A DNA stretch of 64,000 nucleotides from an uncultured Acidibacter sp. (GCA_964533305.1 CAZHLL010000001.1:6401-70400), one strand, 5' to 3'; counted from the first letter of the stretch, positions 17,272-26,658 are shown. Translations and numbers: made by a program. Notes: a model not told the origin generated them from the letters alone.

Positions 17272-18588
17272 TCATTTAACAGCTGATTTACCCCGCCCCG
17301 ATCTCGACCGCCCCCCCGAGGAACGACCCGACCGAGGAGCAAACGATCGATCCGGCGAGCGCCCGGACGGACGACCGGACGGTCGACCCGATGAGCGATC
17401 AGGCGCATGGCTGGTCGGGCGCGAGGGGGCTTGCGGTGACGTCGTCGGAGCGAGGATCGCAAACTGGGGGACTGGCAGCACCGGTATCGTCTGCTTCATG
17501 GTGCGCTCGATATCGCGTAACAAATTGGTCTCATCGGGCGCAATCAAAGATACGGCGCGCCCTGTGGCCCCCGCCCGTGCGGTGCGGCCGATGCGATGAA
17601 CATAATCTTCAGGCACGTTCGGCAATTCGTAGTTCACGACCTGAGGCAATTCTTTGATATCGAGACCGCGCGAGGCCACCTCAGTGGCAACCAGCGCCGC
17701 AATACGCCCGGTCTTGAAATCCTCCAGAGCGCGCACGCGAGCGGCTTGGCTTTTGTTGCCATGGATCGCGGCAGCGCGAATCCCCGCATTGTCCAGCTGC
17801 TGGGCCAGGCGATTGGCACCGTGCTTGGTACGAGCAAACACCAGCGCCTGATACCACGGGCCCTCGTCCTCGGCACCCTGCTGGAAGAGATGGATCAGCA
17901 AATGCCGCTTGTCTTCTTTGGCAACCCGAAATGCCACTTGCTGCACGCGCTGCGCCGTCGTGTTGCGCGGTGCCACATCCACGGTCACAGGGTCGAGCAG
18001 TATCTTCTCGGCGAGATGCCGGATGTCCTCGCTGTACGTTGCGGAAAACATCAGCGATTGCCGTTGGCGGGGTAATAGCTTGATAATGCGTTTGATGGCG
18101 TGAATGAAGCCCATGTCGAGCATGCGATCAGCCTCATCCAGCACGAGGGTTTCGATCGCCGACAGATCGGCCACGCCTTGCTCGACGAGATCCAGCAATC
18201 GTCCCGGTGTGGCGATCACCAAGTCGCAGCCGCGACGCAAGGCCTCGATCTGTGGTTTCTCACTCACGCCACCAAAGATCACGATACTGCGAATATTTTT
18301 GTATTTGCCGTAATTCTTTGCATTGTCAGCAATCTGTGCTGTCAATTCGCGGGTGGGACTCAGCACCAAGGCGCGCGGAAGCCCACCTTTAGCTGCAGCC
18401 AAGCGTTGCAGCAATGGCAAGACGAAGGCCGCGGTTTTACCGGTACCGGTTTGGGCTCCAGCCAGCACGTCGCGGCCGGACAGGACTGCAGGAATCGCTT
18501 TGGCCTGAATCGGGGTGGGCGTGTCGTATCCCTTTTCGGTGACGGCACGCAGCAGCTCGGTCTCGAGGCCGAGATCGGAAAAATTCAT
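17272..18588 (-). CDS. rhlE: ATP-dependent DEAD-box RNA helicase RhlE
   Basis: 438 aa with Q-motif, [21 protein letters not shown] and [10 protein letters not shown]. Collinear with E. coli RhlE and carries an Arg/Ser/Gly/Pro-rich C-terminal tail. Confidence 0.92.
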   Translation of the reverse strand: MNFSDLGLETELLRAVTEKGYDTPTPIQAKAIPAVLSGRDVLAGAQTGTGKTAAFVLPLLQRLAAAKGGLPRALVLSPTRELTAQIADNAKNYGKYKNIRSIVIFGGVSEKPQIEALRRGCDLVIATPGRLLDLVEQGVADLSAIETLVLDEADRMLDMGFIHAIKRIIKLLPRQRQSLMFSATYSEDIRHLAEKILLDPVTVDVAPRNTTAQRVQQVAFRVAKEDKRHLLIHLFQQGAEDEGPWYQALVFARTKHGANRLAQQLDNAGIRAAAIHGNKSQAARVRALEDFKTGRIAALVATEVASRGLDIKELPQVVNYELPNVPEDYVHRIGRTARAGATGRAVSLIAPDETNLLRDIERTMKQTIPVLPVPQFAILAPTTSPQAPSRPTSHAPDRSSGRPSGRPSGRSPDRSFAPRSGRSSGGRSRSGRGKSAVK

Positions 18589-18853
18589 GATATGGAGAGC
18601 CTTTTTTCAGTGAGGCTCGCAACACGGAAAGATCCGCAGCGGTCAGGGGCGAGCCGTAAGTTAGGGGGCGCTGACCGCGCAACCCTTCAGAAGCTGCGAA
18701 GTCTACACCAAGGCCGTCACCAACGTGATGGAAAGTTGAAAGTCGACATCTGGAGGAGGGTTACTCTCGATCCTGATCATTCAGGAGATCGCCAAAGCGG
18801 TCACGACCATCACGCTCTACAAAACCTCATGAGTAAAGCGCTGAACATCAGGC

Positions 18854-19105
18854 TCAATCTTTGAAAAAAGGCTCCACGACGCCCTTGCGCGTGATAGTCA
18901 AAGATTTTCCGCGCCGGTCCAGAGTCTTGCCTAGTGCCGTTTTGATCCAACCCTCGGAGACACAGTATTCCTCGACGTTGGTGTACTCGACACCATCAAG
19001 ACGAATTCCGACATTGCGCCCGAGAATGTCTTCGTCGTAGTAGCGGCTATCGGGGTCAACGCTGAGCCGGTCGGGCAAGGCGCGAGGCGGTGTGGTTTCA
19101 GTCAT
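18854..19105 (-). CDS. DUF3297 family protein
   Basis: 83 aa: PDRLSVDPDSRYYDEDILGRNVGIRLDGVEYTNVEEYCVSEGWIK, which matches my memory of the DUF3297 family. Confidence 0.65.
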   Translation of the reverse strand: MTETTPPRALPDRLSVDPDSRYYDEDILGRNVGIRLDGVEYTNVEEYCVSEGWIKTALGKTLDRRGKSLTITRKGVVEPFFKD

Positions 19106-19219
19106 GGCGGTAATGATAGCCCAGCCGTCGGGTGTGCCCGCTAATGACGTGTCAGTTCGAGCACAGGTAAATCACGCTACCCTTGCATCGAAATACACTG
19201 CGCCCATTCAGGAGGGGTC

Positions 19220-19510
19220 ATGCGCACCCGTTATACATCGGCTATCGATAGCTGGTTAGTGATCGTCGTTGGCATTGATTGTCTTGCCCGCGATGGCGCT
19301 CGGCATCGCGCTGCCGCTGTGGGTCTTGTTGGGCACCCATTACACGCTGTCACCGACGCACCTCGAGCTGCGCTGTCGATCGATCGGCTGGAAATTACTC
19401 ACGGCCGGTACGGCAACATCATGATCTCGCCGAGGGAACGCGAGCATTTCGTGGAAGAGCTCAGCCGCCTGCGGGCACAGCAGCAACGAGGCCTGGGACT
19501 TGAGCGCTGA
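19220..19510 (+). pseudogene. Probable decayed small membrane-anchored bacterial PH-domain-like gene
   Basis: The ends of the 96-aa frame look family-like (MRTRYTSAIDSWLVIVVGI... and ...LSIDRLEITHGRYGNIMISPREREHFVEEL). The family-like middle (LIVLPAMALGIALPLWVLLGTHYTLSPTHLELRCRSIGW) is encoded in the +1 frame of 19274-19395. The in-frame middle reads DCLARDGARHRAAAVGLVGH. An RBS (AGGAGGGG) is present. Confidence 0.45.
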
Positions 19511-19552
19511 TCAATGTTTGACATAAGTTATGTCTCGGAATAGCCTTGCGAT

Positions 19553-19792
19553 ATGTCACGCACCACCATCCGCTTGCCTGCCGACCTACTGACCCAAGCG
19601 CAAACGTTCGCCGGCCGTACTGGACGCAGCTTTACACAGCTGGTGGCCGATGCACTGCGGTACGAGATGCAACGCGGCGGTGCGCCCCAGCGGGTGTGCG
19701 AACCTCTACCCATTTACGGCGGTCAGGGTCTACGGCCCGGCATCGACCTCGCGGACAACAGCGCACTGCTCGACCTCATGGACGGCACGTGA
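19553..19792 (+). CDS. vapB: Type II antitoxin, ribbon-helix-helix VapB-like
   Basis: 79 aa: MSRTTIRLPADLLTQAQTFAGRTGRSFTQLVADALRYEM (RHH pattern). It sits 3 nt upstream of a PIN toxin gene. Confidence 0.75.
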   Translation: MSRTTIRLPADLLTQAQTFAGRTGRSFTQLVADALRYEMQRGGAPQRVCEPLPIYGGQGLRPGIDLADNSALLDLMDGT

Positions 19793-19795
19793 ACG

Positions 19796-20218
19796 GTGGT
19801 CCTGGTCGATGTAAACGTATTGGTAGGCGCGATGCGCAACGATGCACCGCGCCATGCCACCATGCGTACTATTCTTGAGGACTTGCGCGCTTCACCTGAG
19901 CCATTCGCGCTCTGCGACCCTGTGCTGAGCGGAGTGTTGCGCGTACTGACTCATCCACGGGTCTTTATACCGCCCACGCCGACGCCACTCGCCCTGAATT
20001 TCGTTCGCGTGCTACGGGCAAGTCCCAACGCCGTGGTATTGACACCCGGTGCGCGCCACTGGGAAATCTTTGTCGGGCTGATTGAAAGCACATCTGCCAT
20101 CGGCAACCTCGTCAGTGATGCATGGATCGGCGCGTTGGCAATCGAACACGGCTGCGAAGTTCTCAGCGACGATGCGGACTTCGCACGACTACCCGGGGTA
20201 CGCTGGCGGCGGCCTTGA
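19796..20218 (+). CDS. vapC: Type II toxin, PIN-domain VapC-family ribonuclease
   Basis: 140 aa with a GTG start. VLVDVNVLV (first acidic residue) and SDAWIGALAIEHGCEVLSDDADFARLPGV, typical of the PIN toxin family. Confidence 0.8.
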   Translation: MVLVDVNVLVGAMRNDAPRHATMRTILEDLRASPEPFALCDPVLSGVLRVLTHPRVFIPPTPTPLALNFVRVLRASPNAVVLTPGARHWEIFVGLIESTSAIGNLVSDAWIGALAIEHGCEVLSDDADFARLPGVRWRRP

Positions 20219-20228
20219 AGCGGATGAA

Positions 20229-20302
20229 TGGAGCGGGCGATGGGAATCGAACCCACGTTAGTAGCTTGGGAAGCTACAGTTCTACCATTGAACTACGCCC
20301 GC
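20229..20302 (-). tRNA. tRNA-Gly (anticodon CCC)
   Basis: The minus strand reads GCGGGCG TA GTTC AATGGTA GAAC T GTAGC TTCCCAA GCTAC TAAC GTGGG TTCGATT CCCAT CGCCCGC T CCA. This folds as a full cloverleaf with an encoded CCA. Confidence 0.9.
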
Positions 20303-20333
20303 ACCGCACCGATGAGTTTATGAGCTTGTCGAC

Positions 20334-21188
20334 TCAGTCGCAATTGAGGAAGCCGTCGGCCGCGACCACGCACTCGCCACCCACCCAGATTTCGTCGGGA
20401 TCGGCATAGCGGATACGGACCTCGCCGTCGCGACCCACAGATCGACCTTGCGCGGCGCGGTAACCCGCTAAGCCTGTCACGGAGTCGACATCGCGACGAA
20501 AGGCCGCGACTGCGCCATTGCCACTGCCACAGACCGGATCCTCCGGCACGCCCTGCGACGGCGCAAACGAGCGCACTTCAATGTCGGCTGAGTCCGACTG
20601 GGAAGCGGCAAAGAGCGTCACGCCGGTCGCTCCTAGGCTGTGCTCAAAGCGCGCGAGCAGATCCAGATTGGGCGTCAAGCCCTGCAGCTGCTGCGGCGAG
20701 CTTAGTCGTGCCACGACCCACTTGGGGCCCACGTCGATCAATTTTGGCGCTGTCTCGCTGAGTGCAACCCCAACTGCCTGCTCCAGAGCGACCACGGACT
20801 CCGGCGCCAATGCGCTCGAACGCGATGGCGGCAAGCGAAAAGTCCAACCGTCTTGATCGCGCTGGATGGGTACCCGTCCTACTCCGCACTCTTGAAAGGC
20901 CGTCGACCGATCGGTCAATCGCCCAACGGAGCGGAGCGCGTGAACGCTGCCGAGGGTGGGATGACCCGCGAACGGCAATTCGGATCGGGGCGTGAAGATC
21001 CGCAGCTGGTAGTCGGCGCCGTCGATCGAGGCGGGTAAGCAAAACGTCGTCTCGGACAAATTGGTCCACTGAGCGATACGCTGCATGGCCTTGGGATCCA
21101 AGCCCTCGGCATCGAGCACGACAGCGACCGGATTGCCGTAAAACGGCCGCCGGGTAAACACGTCCACGATCAGAAAGCGTCTGCGCAT
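20334..21188 (-). CDS. PhzF-family isomerase
   Basis: 284 aa: FLIVDVFTRRPFYGNPVAVVLDAEGLDPKAMQRIAQWTNLSETTF ... IFTPRSELPFAGHPTLGS ... EDPVCGSGNGA. Confidence 0.85.
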   Translation of the reverse strand: MRRRFLIVDVFTRRPFYGNPVAVVLDAEGLDPKAMQRIAQWTNLSETTFCLPASIDGADYQLRIFTPRSELPFAGHPTLGSVHALRSVGRLTDRSTAFQECGVGRVPIQRDQDGWTFRLPPSRSSALAPESVVALEQAVGVALSETAPKLIDVGPKWVVARLSSPQQLQGLTPNLDLLARFEHSLGATGVTLFAASQSDSADIEVRSFAPSQGVPEDPVCGSGNGAVAAFRRDVDSVTGLAGYRAAQGRSVGRDGEVRIRYADPDEIWVGGECVVAADGFLNCD

Positions 21189-21230
21189 GAGGCAAAGACT
21201 AGCACCGGCAACGAGGCATAATCACAGCAA

Positions 21231-21479
21231 ATGGATGCAGCTCAAGTTCAAAAACTGATCGATACGGTGGTGCGCAATACTTTGGCGACTCTCGTCAAGA
21301 TCGACCTCTCGAGTGCGGAGGCAGGCGCCCTGCTGACGAGTCTCGATACCACCCTGCGCATGCTCGAAAACCTGCGCGATCTCAACACCGAGTGTCGCCA
21401 CCATGTACGCGAGGCCCGCAGACTGCACGCCGAGCTTTTGCGTAAGCGCTTTACCGAGGGACAAATCACTCGTCATTAG
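21231..21479 (+). CDS. Hypothetical small helical protein
   Basis: 82 aa with GC-rich third codon positions similar to neighbouring genes. I recognise no motif. It overlaps the 3' end of the convergent gene by 14 nt. Confidence 0.35.
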   Translation: MDAAQVQKLIDTVVRNTLATLVKIDLSSAEAGALLTSLDTTLRMLENLRDLNTECRHHVREARRLHAELLRKRFTEGQITRH

Positions 21480-22431
21480 CGGCTGATTCACCCTCGCGCA
21501 GCTGAGCAAAGCGAATCACGCTGAACATCAGAATCACCGAAACAATGAAATCGCCGGCGCTCGTGTAGTAAAGCCAAACATCGGTCGAAAAATTCTCGGC
21601 AATCACATAATTGAGCCCCGCCATGACCGCGCCCAGCATGGCCATGCCCAGCGCCAGTCGCTGGGTATTGACGGGCGCAGGCATATAGCGCGAGAGACGA
21701 CGGCCAAAATAACCACCTCGATTGAAGAGCGCATCGCTCAGCATCAAGGTAGTCACAAAGAGCCCAAGATAAGTGCTCTTCATCTTGACGATCGAATCAT
21801 CATCAAACAGCAACGAAAATCCCGCTGAAATCAGCAGCATGAACACGCCGAACATAGCAAGGCCGCCGAGCAAATCAACCTTGACGAATTTTTGCGCGAC
21901 GACCACACCGAGCCCTGCAACCGCCGTGATGACCGCGGCGGTAGCCAAATGATCCGTCACCTTAGCGGTCACGAAAAAAAGCAGCCCCAGCGAAATATCG
22001 GTGTAGATTGAATATTTGTTTCGCTGCCATTTGGCCGCGGCCTCTCTGGCCTCGGCTGCACGCTCTGCAGCCGCATTGTTCATGGCGGCCACGTCATCGG
22101 AGGACGCGCCACCGACCGCGGCAGGCGAAGTGGGCCGCTTGCCCGGGTGGCTCTCATGAACCAATTGCCCGTCGAGAAGCACTCGTATCCCGACCGACCA
22201 CAGGCTGATATAGCCTGCCTCCACGTCGATGACACCCAGATTTTCAATCTCAATACGCAGGGCATGTGCGCGTTGCATGCCCTCGGGCGTCCAGTAATCC
22301 GTGGCATCCTCCGCCAACAACCGCTCACCCTCGAATAATCGACTCGTGAGTGTCTTGGGGGTGACGACGGTCTCGACCCGGAATGTACGGCCCGCCAAAG
22401 AAAAGGGCCGGCGGTAAGTCCACAATATCAT
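21466..22431 (-). CDS. Membrane protein: soluble N-terminal domain fused to a YciB/IspZ-like multi-transmembrane C-terminal region
   Basis: The C-terminal half has 5-6 hydrophobic helices (LGLLFFVTAKV, ITAVAGLGVVVAQKF, GGLAMFGVFMLLISAGFSLLF, YLGLFVTTLMLSDALF, LALGMAMLGAVMAGLNYVIA, FIVSVILMFSVIRF) that resemble the septation-protein YciB family. The start at MILW gives an ATGA overlap with the GNAT gene. Confidence 0.55.
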   Translation of the reverse strand: MILWTYRRPFSLAGRTFRVETVVTPKTLTSRLFEGERLLAEDATDYWTPEGMQRAHALRIEIENLGVIDVEAGYISLWSVGIRVLLDGQLVHESHPGKRPTSPAAVGGASSDDVAAMNNAAAERAAEAREAAAKWQRNKYSIYTDISLGLLFFVTAKVTDHLATAAVITAVAGLGVVVAQKFVKVDLLGGLAMFGVFMLLISAGFSLLFDDDSIVKMKSTYLGLFVTTLMLSDALFNRGGYFGRRLSRYMPAPVNTQRLALGMAMLGAVMAGLNYVIAENFSTDVWLYYTSAGDFIVSVILMFSVIRFAQLREGESAANDE

Positions 22432-22958
22432 GCTGCACTCCAAGCTGACCGATGGATGCAGTAGTGCAGAAACGACGCTGTCACGCCGCCGCTCTCGCGC
22501 AGCATTTCATGACTGAGCCTCGCACCAATCTTTTGCATGGCGCGCTGTGAGCGTAGATTTTGCTTACCCACATGGAACCAGACTGTTTCAACAAACCGAA
22601 AAGCGTGTTGCAGCATCAATGATTTGAGTTCCGCATTGTATTGACCACCCCAATAACGTCGTGCAAGAAACGTGTAGCCGATGACGATGTCCGCAGAGTC
22701 GGGTCGGTAATCATAAAAGCTCGAACTACCGATCACCTGTTTTGACGCCTTGTCGATGACGATCAAAGCGCCACCGGACCCCAGCAAACGCGCAAACAGT
22801 CGGTCAAACACCTCTCGCTGCCAACGTAACGGCTCGGGATGCTGAGACCAGATCAAGGGATCCGATGCGGCGGCATACAGAGCCTCTTGATCTGACGGAG
22901 CGAGAGGGCGTAGCGACAGCCCCGGTCCCGACAACTGCGGCTGAAGATCAAAACTCAC
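22428..22958 (-). CDS. GNAT family N-acetyltransferase
   Basis: 176 aa: IGYTFLARRYWGGQYNAELKSLMLQHAF ... NLRSQRAMQKIGA, a RimJ/RimL-like pattern. Confidence 0.8.
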   Translation of the reverse strand: MSFDLQPQLSGPGLSLRPLAPSDQEALYAAASDPLIWSQHPEPLRWQREVFDRLFARLLGSGGALIVIDKASKQVIGSSSFYDYRPDSADIVIGYTFLARRYWGGQYNAELKSLMLQHAFRFVETVWFHVGKQNLRSQRAMQKIGARLSHEMLRESGGVTASFLHYCIHRSAWSAA

Positions 22959-24979
22959 CGTAGCGCAGCTTCCAAACCCGGCGTGAATGACGCACCGGTC
23001 GGCACCTGAGCAGAGGATGATCGAACCGTGTCGCCGATGACTTCGGCGCGACCACCGAGGCAGGCACTCAGAAAATTTTCGGTGACGGCATTGAACGCAA
23101 TGTTGTTCTCGGGCCGCGCAAAGCCGTGACCTTCATCCGGGAAAAGCACATAGGTCACCGGAATGCCCTTGGCGGTCATGGCTGACACGATCTGATCGGA
23201 TTCCGCCTGGTTCACGCGCGGATCGTTCGCGCCCTGTCCAATCAACAGCGGACGAACGATGTCACCTGCTCGATAAAGTGGCGAACGCTCCTTGAGCAAA
23301 GCCAAGCCCTCTGGCGTGTTAGGGTTGCCCATGCGTTGATGAAACTGCTCCACGACCGCCGTCCAATAAGGTGGGATGGTCTTGAGCAGGGTCTCAAGAT
23401 TCGAAGGGCCAACAATATCCACGCCACAGGCAAAGGTAGTCGGCGTGAAGGTCAACCCCGCGAGCGTGGCGTATCCGCCGTAAGAGCCGCCCATGATGGC
23501 GACCTTGTCGGCCTCGGTGATTTTTTCTTTGACCGCCCAGTCGACGGCGTCGATGAGATCGTCGTGCATCTTGCGACCCCACTCGAGGTCGCCCGCCGAA
23601 ATGAAAGCTTTGCCAAAACCGGTGGAACCCCGGAAGTTGACCGACAGCACAGCGTAACCCCGATTGGCGAGCCACTGATGGTAGGCGTTGTAACCGTAAT
23701 CATCACGAGCCCAAGGGCCACCGTGCACCAGCAGCACCATCGGCACAGGGCTTTGGCTGCGGCCGTTACCGGCGGAGGAGCCCGGCGGAAGCGTGAGATA
23801 AGCGGTCATCGTCAGTCCATCACGCGCGCTGATCTCGAGCGGATACATGGGCTGCAGAGGTGCGCCCTCGAGCTCGGGACGCGAAACATACAATCTTTGC
23901 AGCGTCTTGTTGGCGCGATCAAATAAATGCACTTCAGGCGAGGCCACCACAGGGTCCACCGCCACTGTCCACAGACGATCATCTTCGGTACGCGAAGTGA
24001 TGCTGATGTCACCACGCAAGGACTCACCGAGCCAGGCCAGGTCCGCGCCGATACTCGAATCAATCGCCGTCCATTCCTCGCGTAGATAGTTGACGGCGTA
24101 GGCCTCGATGGCGCCGGTTGAGGGGTTAGTGAGGGCATTGCTCACATCGGCGCGATCACTCGCCCCGAGTACATTCAGCTTGCCACTCTCGACATCCTGC
24201 GCAACGAGCGCTGCGGTGTCGCGGCCCCGGCTATCGATCCAGTAGAGCGTCTTACCATCCGTCGTGAATCCAACCGGCTGCGTGGTCAAGGAGTCTTCCA
24301 GTGTGGTGGTGGCAAAAGCCTGATCGGCTACCGACACACCTTCCACTTCAAAGAAATCAAACCCGCCCTCGGCGTTCGGGCGCAGAGCCATGCGCAGATT
24401 GAGTTTGGCATCGGCCACAAAACCCGCATAACCATCACCACGCATGACCTCGGTCAACGTCCCCGTGGCAAGCTCAAGGCTGTGAATGTCATGCCAGCGT
24501 GCATCACGATTATTGAGACCGACCAGAATGCGATCTTTGATGAGCGGCGAGCTACCCACGAGCTGTACTCGGGTGTTCTCGAACGGGGTGAGGGTGCGCT
24601 CTTCGCCGCTCTCTACCGCGATACCGTACAGCAGGAAGTTTTCATCACCACCCTTGTCCTGAATGTAGAGCACCATGGAGCTGTCCGGTGCCCAAAATTG
24701 CTGCCGGATGGGACGGTCGCGGGAATCGGTGAGTGGCTTGGCCTGATCGAGGGCTGCCACCGGCGCCACCCAGATGTTCATGACGCCCTCGCGCGGGGCG
24801 AGCCATGACAACCAACGGCCATCCGGTGACAGGGACGCCCCCGCTCGACTCGGATTGCCAAACAACTTGCTGCGCTCGATAAGCGGTGCGGCGGTCTCGA
24901 CGGTCTCTGCTGCGGTCAGGGCGGATGGGGTCATGAGGATAAGCACTCCAACAAGAATGGACGCAAGACGATGAATCAC
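22955..24979 (-). CDS. S9 family serine peptidase (prolyl oligopeptidase / dipeptidyl aminopeptidase type), exported
   Basis: 674 aa. Signal MIHRLASILVGVLILMTPSALTAAE, beta-propeller N-terminal half, catalytic GGSYGGY, and DPRV ... DEGHGF. Confidence 0.88.
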   Translation of the reverse strand: MIHRLASILVGVLILMTPSALTAAETVETAAPLIERSKLFGNPSRAGASLSPDGRWLSWLAPREGVMNIWVAPVAALDQAKPLTDSRDRPIRQQFWAPDSSMVLYIQDKGGDENFLLYGIAVESGEERTLTPFENTRVQLVGSSPLIKDRILVGLNNRDARWHDIHSLELATGTLTEVMRGDGYAGFVADAKLNLRMALRPNAEGGFDFFEVEGVSVADQAFATTTLEDSLTTQPVGFTTDGKTLYWIDSRGRDTAALVAQDVESGKLNVLGASDRADVSNALTNPSTGAIEAYAVNYLREEWTAIDSSIGADLAWLGESLRGDISITSRTEDDRLWTVAVDPVVASPEVHLFDRANKTLQRLYVSRPELEGAPLQPMYPLEISARDGLTMTAYLTLPPGSSAGNGRSQSPVPMVLLVHGGPWARDDYGYNAYHQWLANRGYAVLSVNFRGSTGFGKAFISAGDLEWGRKMHDDLIDAVDWAVKEKITEADKVAIMGGSYGGYATLAGLTFTPTTFACGVDIVGPSNLETLLKTIPPYWTAVVEQFHQRMGNPNTPEGLALLKERSPLYRAGDIVRPLLIGQGANDPRVNQAESDQIVSAMTAKGIPVTYVLFPDEGHGFARPENNIAFNAVTENFLSACLGGRAEVIGDTVRSSSAQVPTGASFTPGLEAALR

Positions 24980-25084
24980 GGCGAGCCCTCAGTGCGTTTG
25001 GTGGGCGGTATCTTACTGCAAGGCCAAAACCTGCAAGGCCATAACCCGGTCAATCCGGGTCGCCACGTGGTAACGTCCGCGCGC

Positions 25085-25861
25085 ATGAAGACCAAACCTG
25101 AAATCGTCAACAACTGGCTGCCGCGCTACACCGGAACACCACTCGACAAGTTCGGTGAGCACGTGCTGCTGACCAACTTCGGCCACTACCTCGAGGCGTT
25201 TGCAGCGACGACCGGTGCAGAAATCCTGGGGAAGGATCGGCCGATGCCCAATGCCACGTCCGATGGCATCACCATGATCAATTTCGGCATGGGCAGCGCC
25301 AATGCCGCGACGGTCATGGATTTGCTGTCGGCGATTTCGCCGAAAGCTGTGCTGCTGCTCGGCAAATGTGGTGGACTCAAAAAAAAGAACCAGGTGGGTG
25401 ATCTGGTGTTGCCGATCGCCGCGATTCGCGGTGAGGGTACTTCCGATGATTATCTGCTGCCCGAAGTTCCCGCTTTGCCGGCATTCAGTCTGCAACGCGC
25501 CGTCTCGACCATGATTCGAGATCTCGGTTTTGATTACTGGACGGGCACGGTGTACACCACCAACCGCCGAGTCTGGGAACATGACGAAGAGTTCAAAGAA
25601 TACCTGCGCCAGACCCGCGCCATGGCCATCGACATGGAGACGGCGACGATTTTTGCCGCAGGATTTGTCAATCGCATCCCTTCGGGCGCTCTGCTGCTCG
25701 TCAGCGATCAACCCATGGTGCCTGAGGGTGTGAAAACGGAAGACTCCGACAAACGCGTGACCAGTGAATTTGTGGATGCCCACATTCGTATCGGCATCGA
25801 GGCACTGCGCCTGATCCGCCGACACGGCAAGAGTGTGAAGCACCTGCGCTTCGACGAATGA
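25085..25861 (+). CDS. amn: AMP nucleosidase, catalytic-domain-only form (PNP/UDP family)
   Basis: 258 aa from MKTKPEI. LGKCGGLKK, MAIDMETATIFAAGF, LLLVSDQPMVPEGVK, HIRIGIEALRLIR and KHLRFDE are collinear with the C-terminal catalytic half of E. coli Amn. Confidence 0.75.
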   Translation: MKTKPEIVNNWLPRYTGTPLDKFGEHVLLTNFGHYLEAFAATTGAEILGKDRPMPNATSDGITMINFGMGSANAATVMDLLSAISPKAVLLLGKCGGLKKKNQVGDLVLPIAAIRGEGTSDDYLLPEVPALPAFSLQRAVSTMIRDLGFDYWTGTVYTTNRRVWEHDEEFKEYLRQTRAMAIDMETATIFAAGFVNRIPSGALLLVSDQPMVPEGVKTEDSDKRVTSEFVDAHIRIGIEALRLIRRHGKSVKHLRFDE

Positions 25862-25920
25862 GCGTGAAAGCGTACCGAGACGAGTGACCGCGAGGGGTGA
25901 TCGTCGTCTCAGTCGCCGTC

Positions 25921-26658
25921 TCAGCGAAACGCCTTGCCCCAGAAAGCCTTCATGTCTTCCCAGGACTGCCGATCGGTCTTCTCGTCGTAAGCGAGCGGCA
26001 AGTTGTATTTCTTGCCCTTGTCGGTGGCTTCCGGATTGGTGAATCCGTGCTTTGCGCCGGGGTAGGAAATGAACTGGTAGTCGACCCCCAGCGATTCCAT
26101 TTCCTTGCGGAAATTAGCCTGATCCTCAGCCGGTACCATGCCATCGGCCTCACCGTGACAAATCAGCACTGCAGGCTTGAATTCGCCGGGTTGCGCTTCG
26201 ATCGCCCGAGTCAGTGCGCCATGGAAACTGGCCACGCCCTTGAGGTCGATGCCCATGCGGCCCATGTGCAGAGACAACGCTCCACCGAGGCAATAACCCA
26301 TTGCGCCGATGCGATCTGGATCGACTTCGGGATGCTGTTTCAGGGTTTCATAGGCCGCGCGCAAACGCTCGCCCAAGGCCGGAATGTCCTGAAACAATCC
26401 GCCCATCAATTGCCCGGCCTCGGCGGAGTCAGCGGCTTCGCGACCCTCGCCATACACATCGGTGGCCATGGCCACAAATCCTAACCCCGCGAGCTCACGC
26501 GCGCGGCGACGCAGGTAATCATTGAGCCCCCACCACTCGGGCAGCACGATCAAGCCCGGGCGCTTGCCCGACTTGGCCGGATCGTAGGCAAGGTAACTGG
26601 CGAGGTCGCGACCTCCGGCAGTGTAATGAACGACCTCGGTGTGCAAATTGTTGGGCAT
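25921..26658 (-). CDS. Dienelactone hydrolase family protein (cytoplasmic paralogue)
   Basis: 245 aa: GLIVLPEWWGLNDYLRRRARELA, GYCLGG, ICHGEADGMV, YPGAKHGF. Confidence 0.85.
   Translation of the reverse strand: MPNNLHTEVVHYTAGGRDLASYLAYDPAKSGKRPGLIVLPEWWGLNDYLRRRARELAGLGFVAMATDVYGEGREAADSAEAGQLMGGLFQDIPALGERLRAAYETLKQHPEVDPDRIGAMGYCLGGALSLHMGRMGIDLKGVASFHGALTRAIEAQPGEFKPAVLICHGEADGMVPAEDQANFRKEMESLGVDYQFISYPGAKHGFTNPEATDKGKKYNLPLAYDEKTDRQSWEDMKAFWGKAFR

Noticed and set aside
17213-17599. A + strand ORF with [12 protein letters not shown]-like repeats.
   Set aside because: It is the mirror image of the imperfect CGGACGG-type repeats that encode the [12 protein letters not shown] Arg/Ser/Gly tail of RhlE on the minus strand. 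Low-complexity C-terminal tails are normal for RhlE-type helicases.
18640-18680. The inverted repeat GCGGTCAG-N24-CTGACCGC between the DUF3297 gene and rhlE.
   Set aside because: It has a long loop and no U-tract on either strand. That is not enough to call a terminator or a structured leader.
17200-20302. A tRNA-Gly-associated genomic island with att repeats.
   Set aside because: There is no integrase or recombinase. I could not find a second copy of the tRNA 3' segment by eye. Only a TA module and one decayed gene are present, so I report it as at most a remnant.
25013-25843. A 276-aa minus-strand ORF.
   Set aside because: It is entirely antisense to the AMP nucleosidase gene, which has strong collinearity with E. 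coli Amn. It has no motifs and is a shadow frame.
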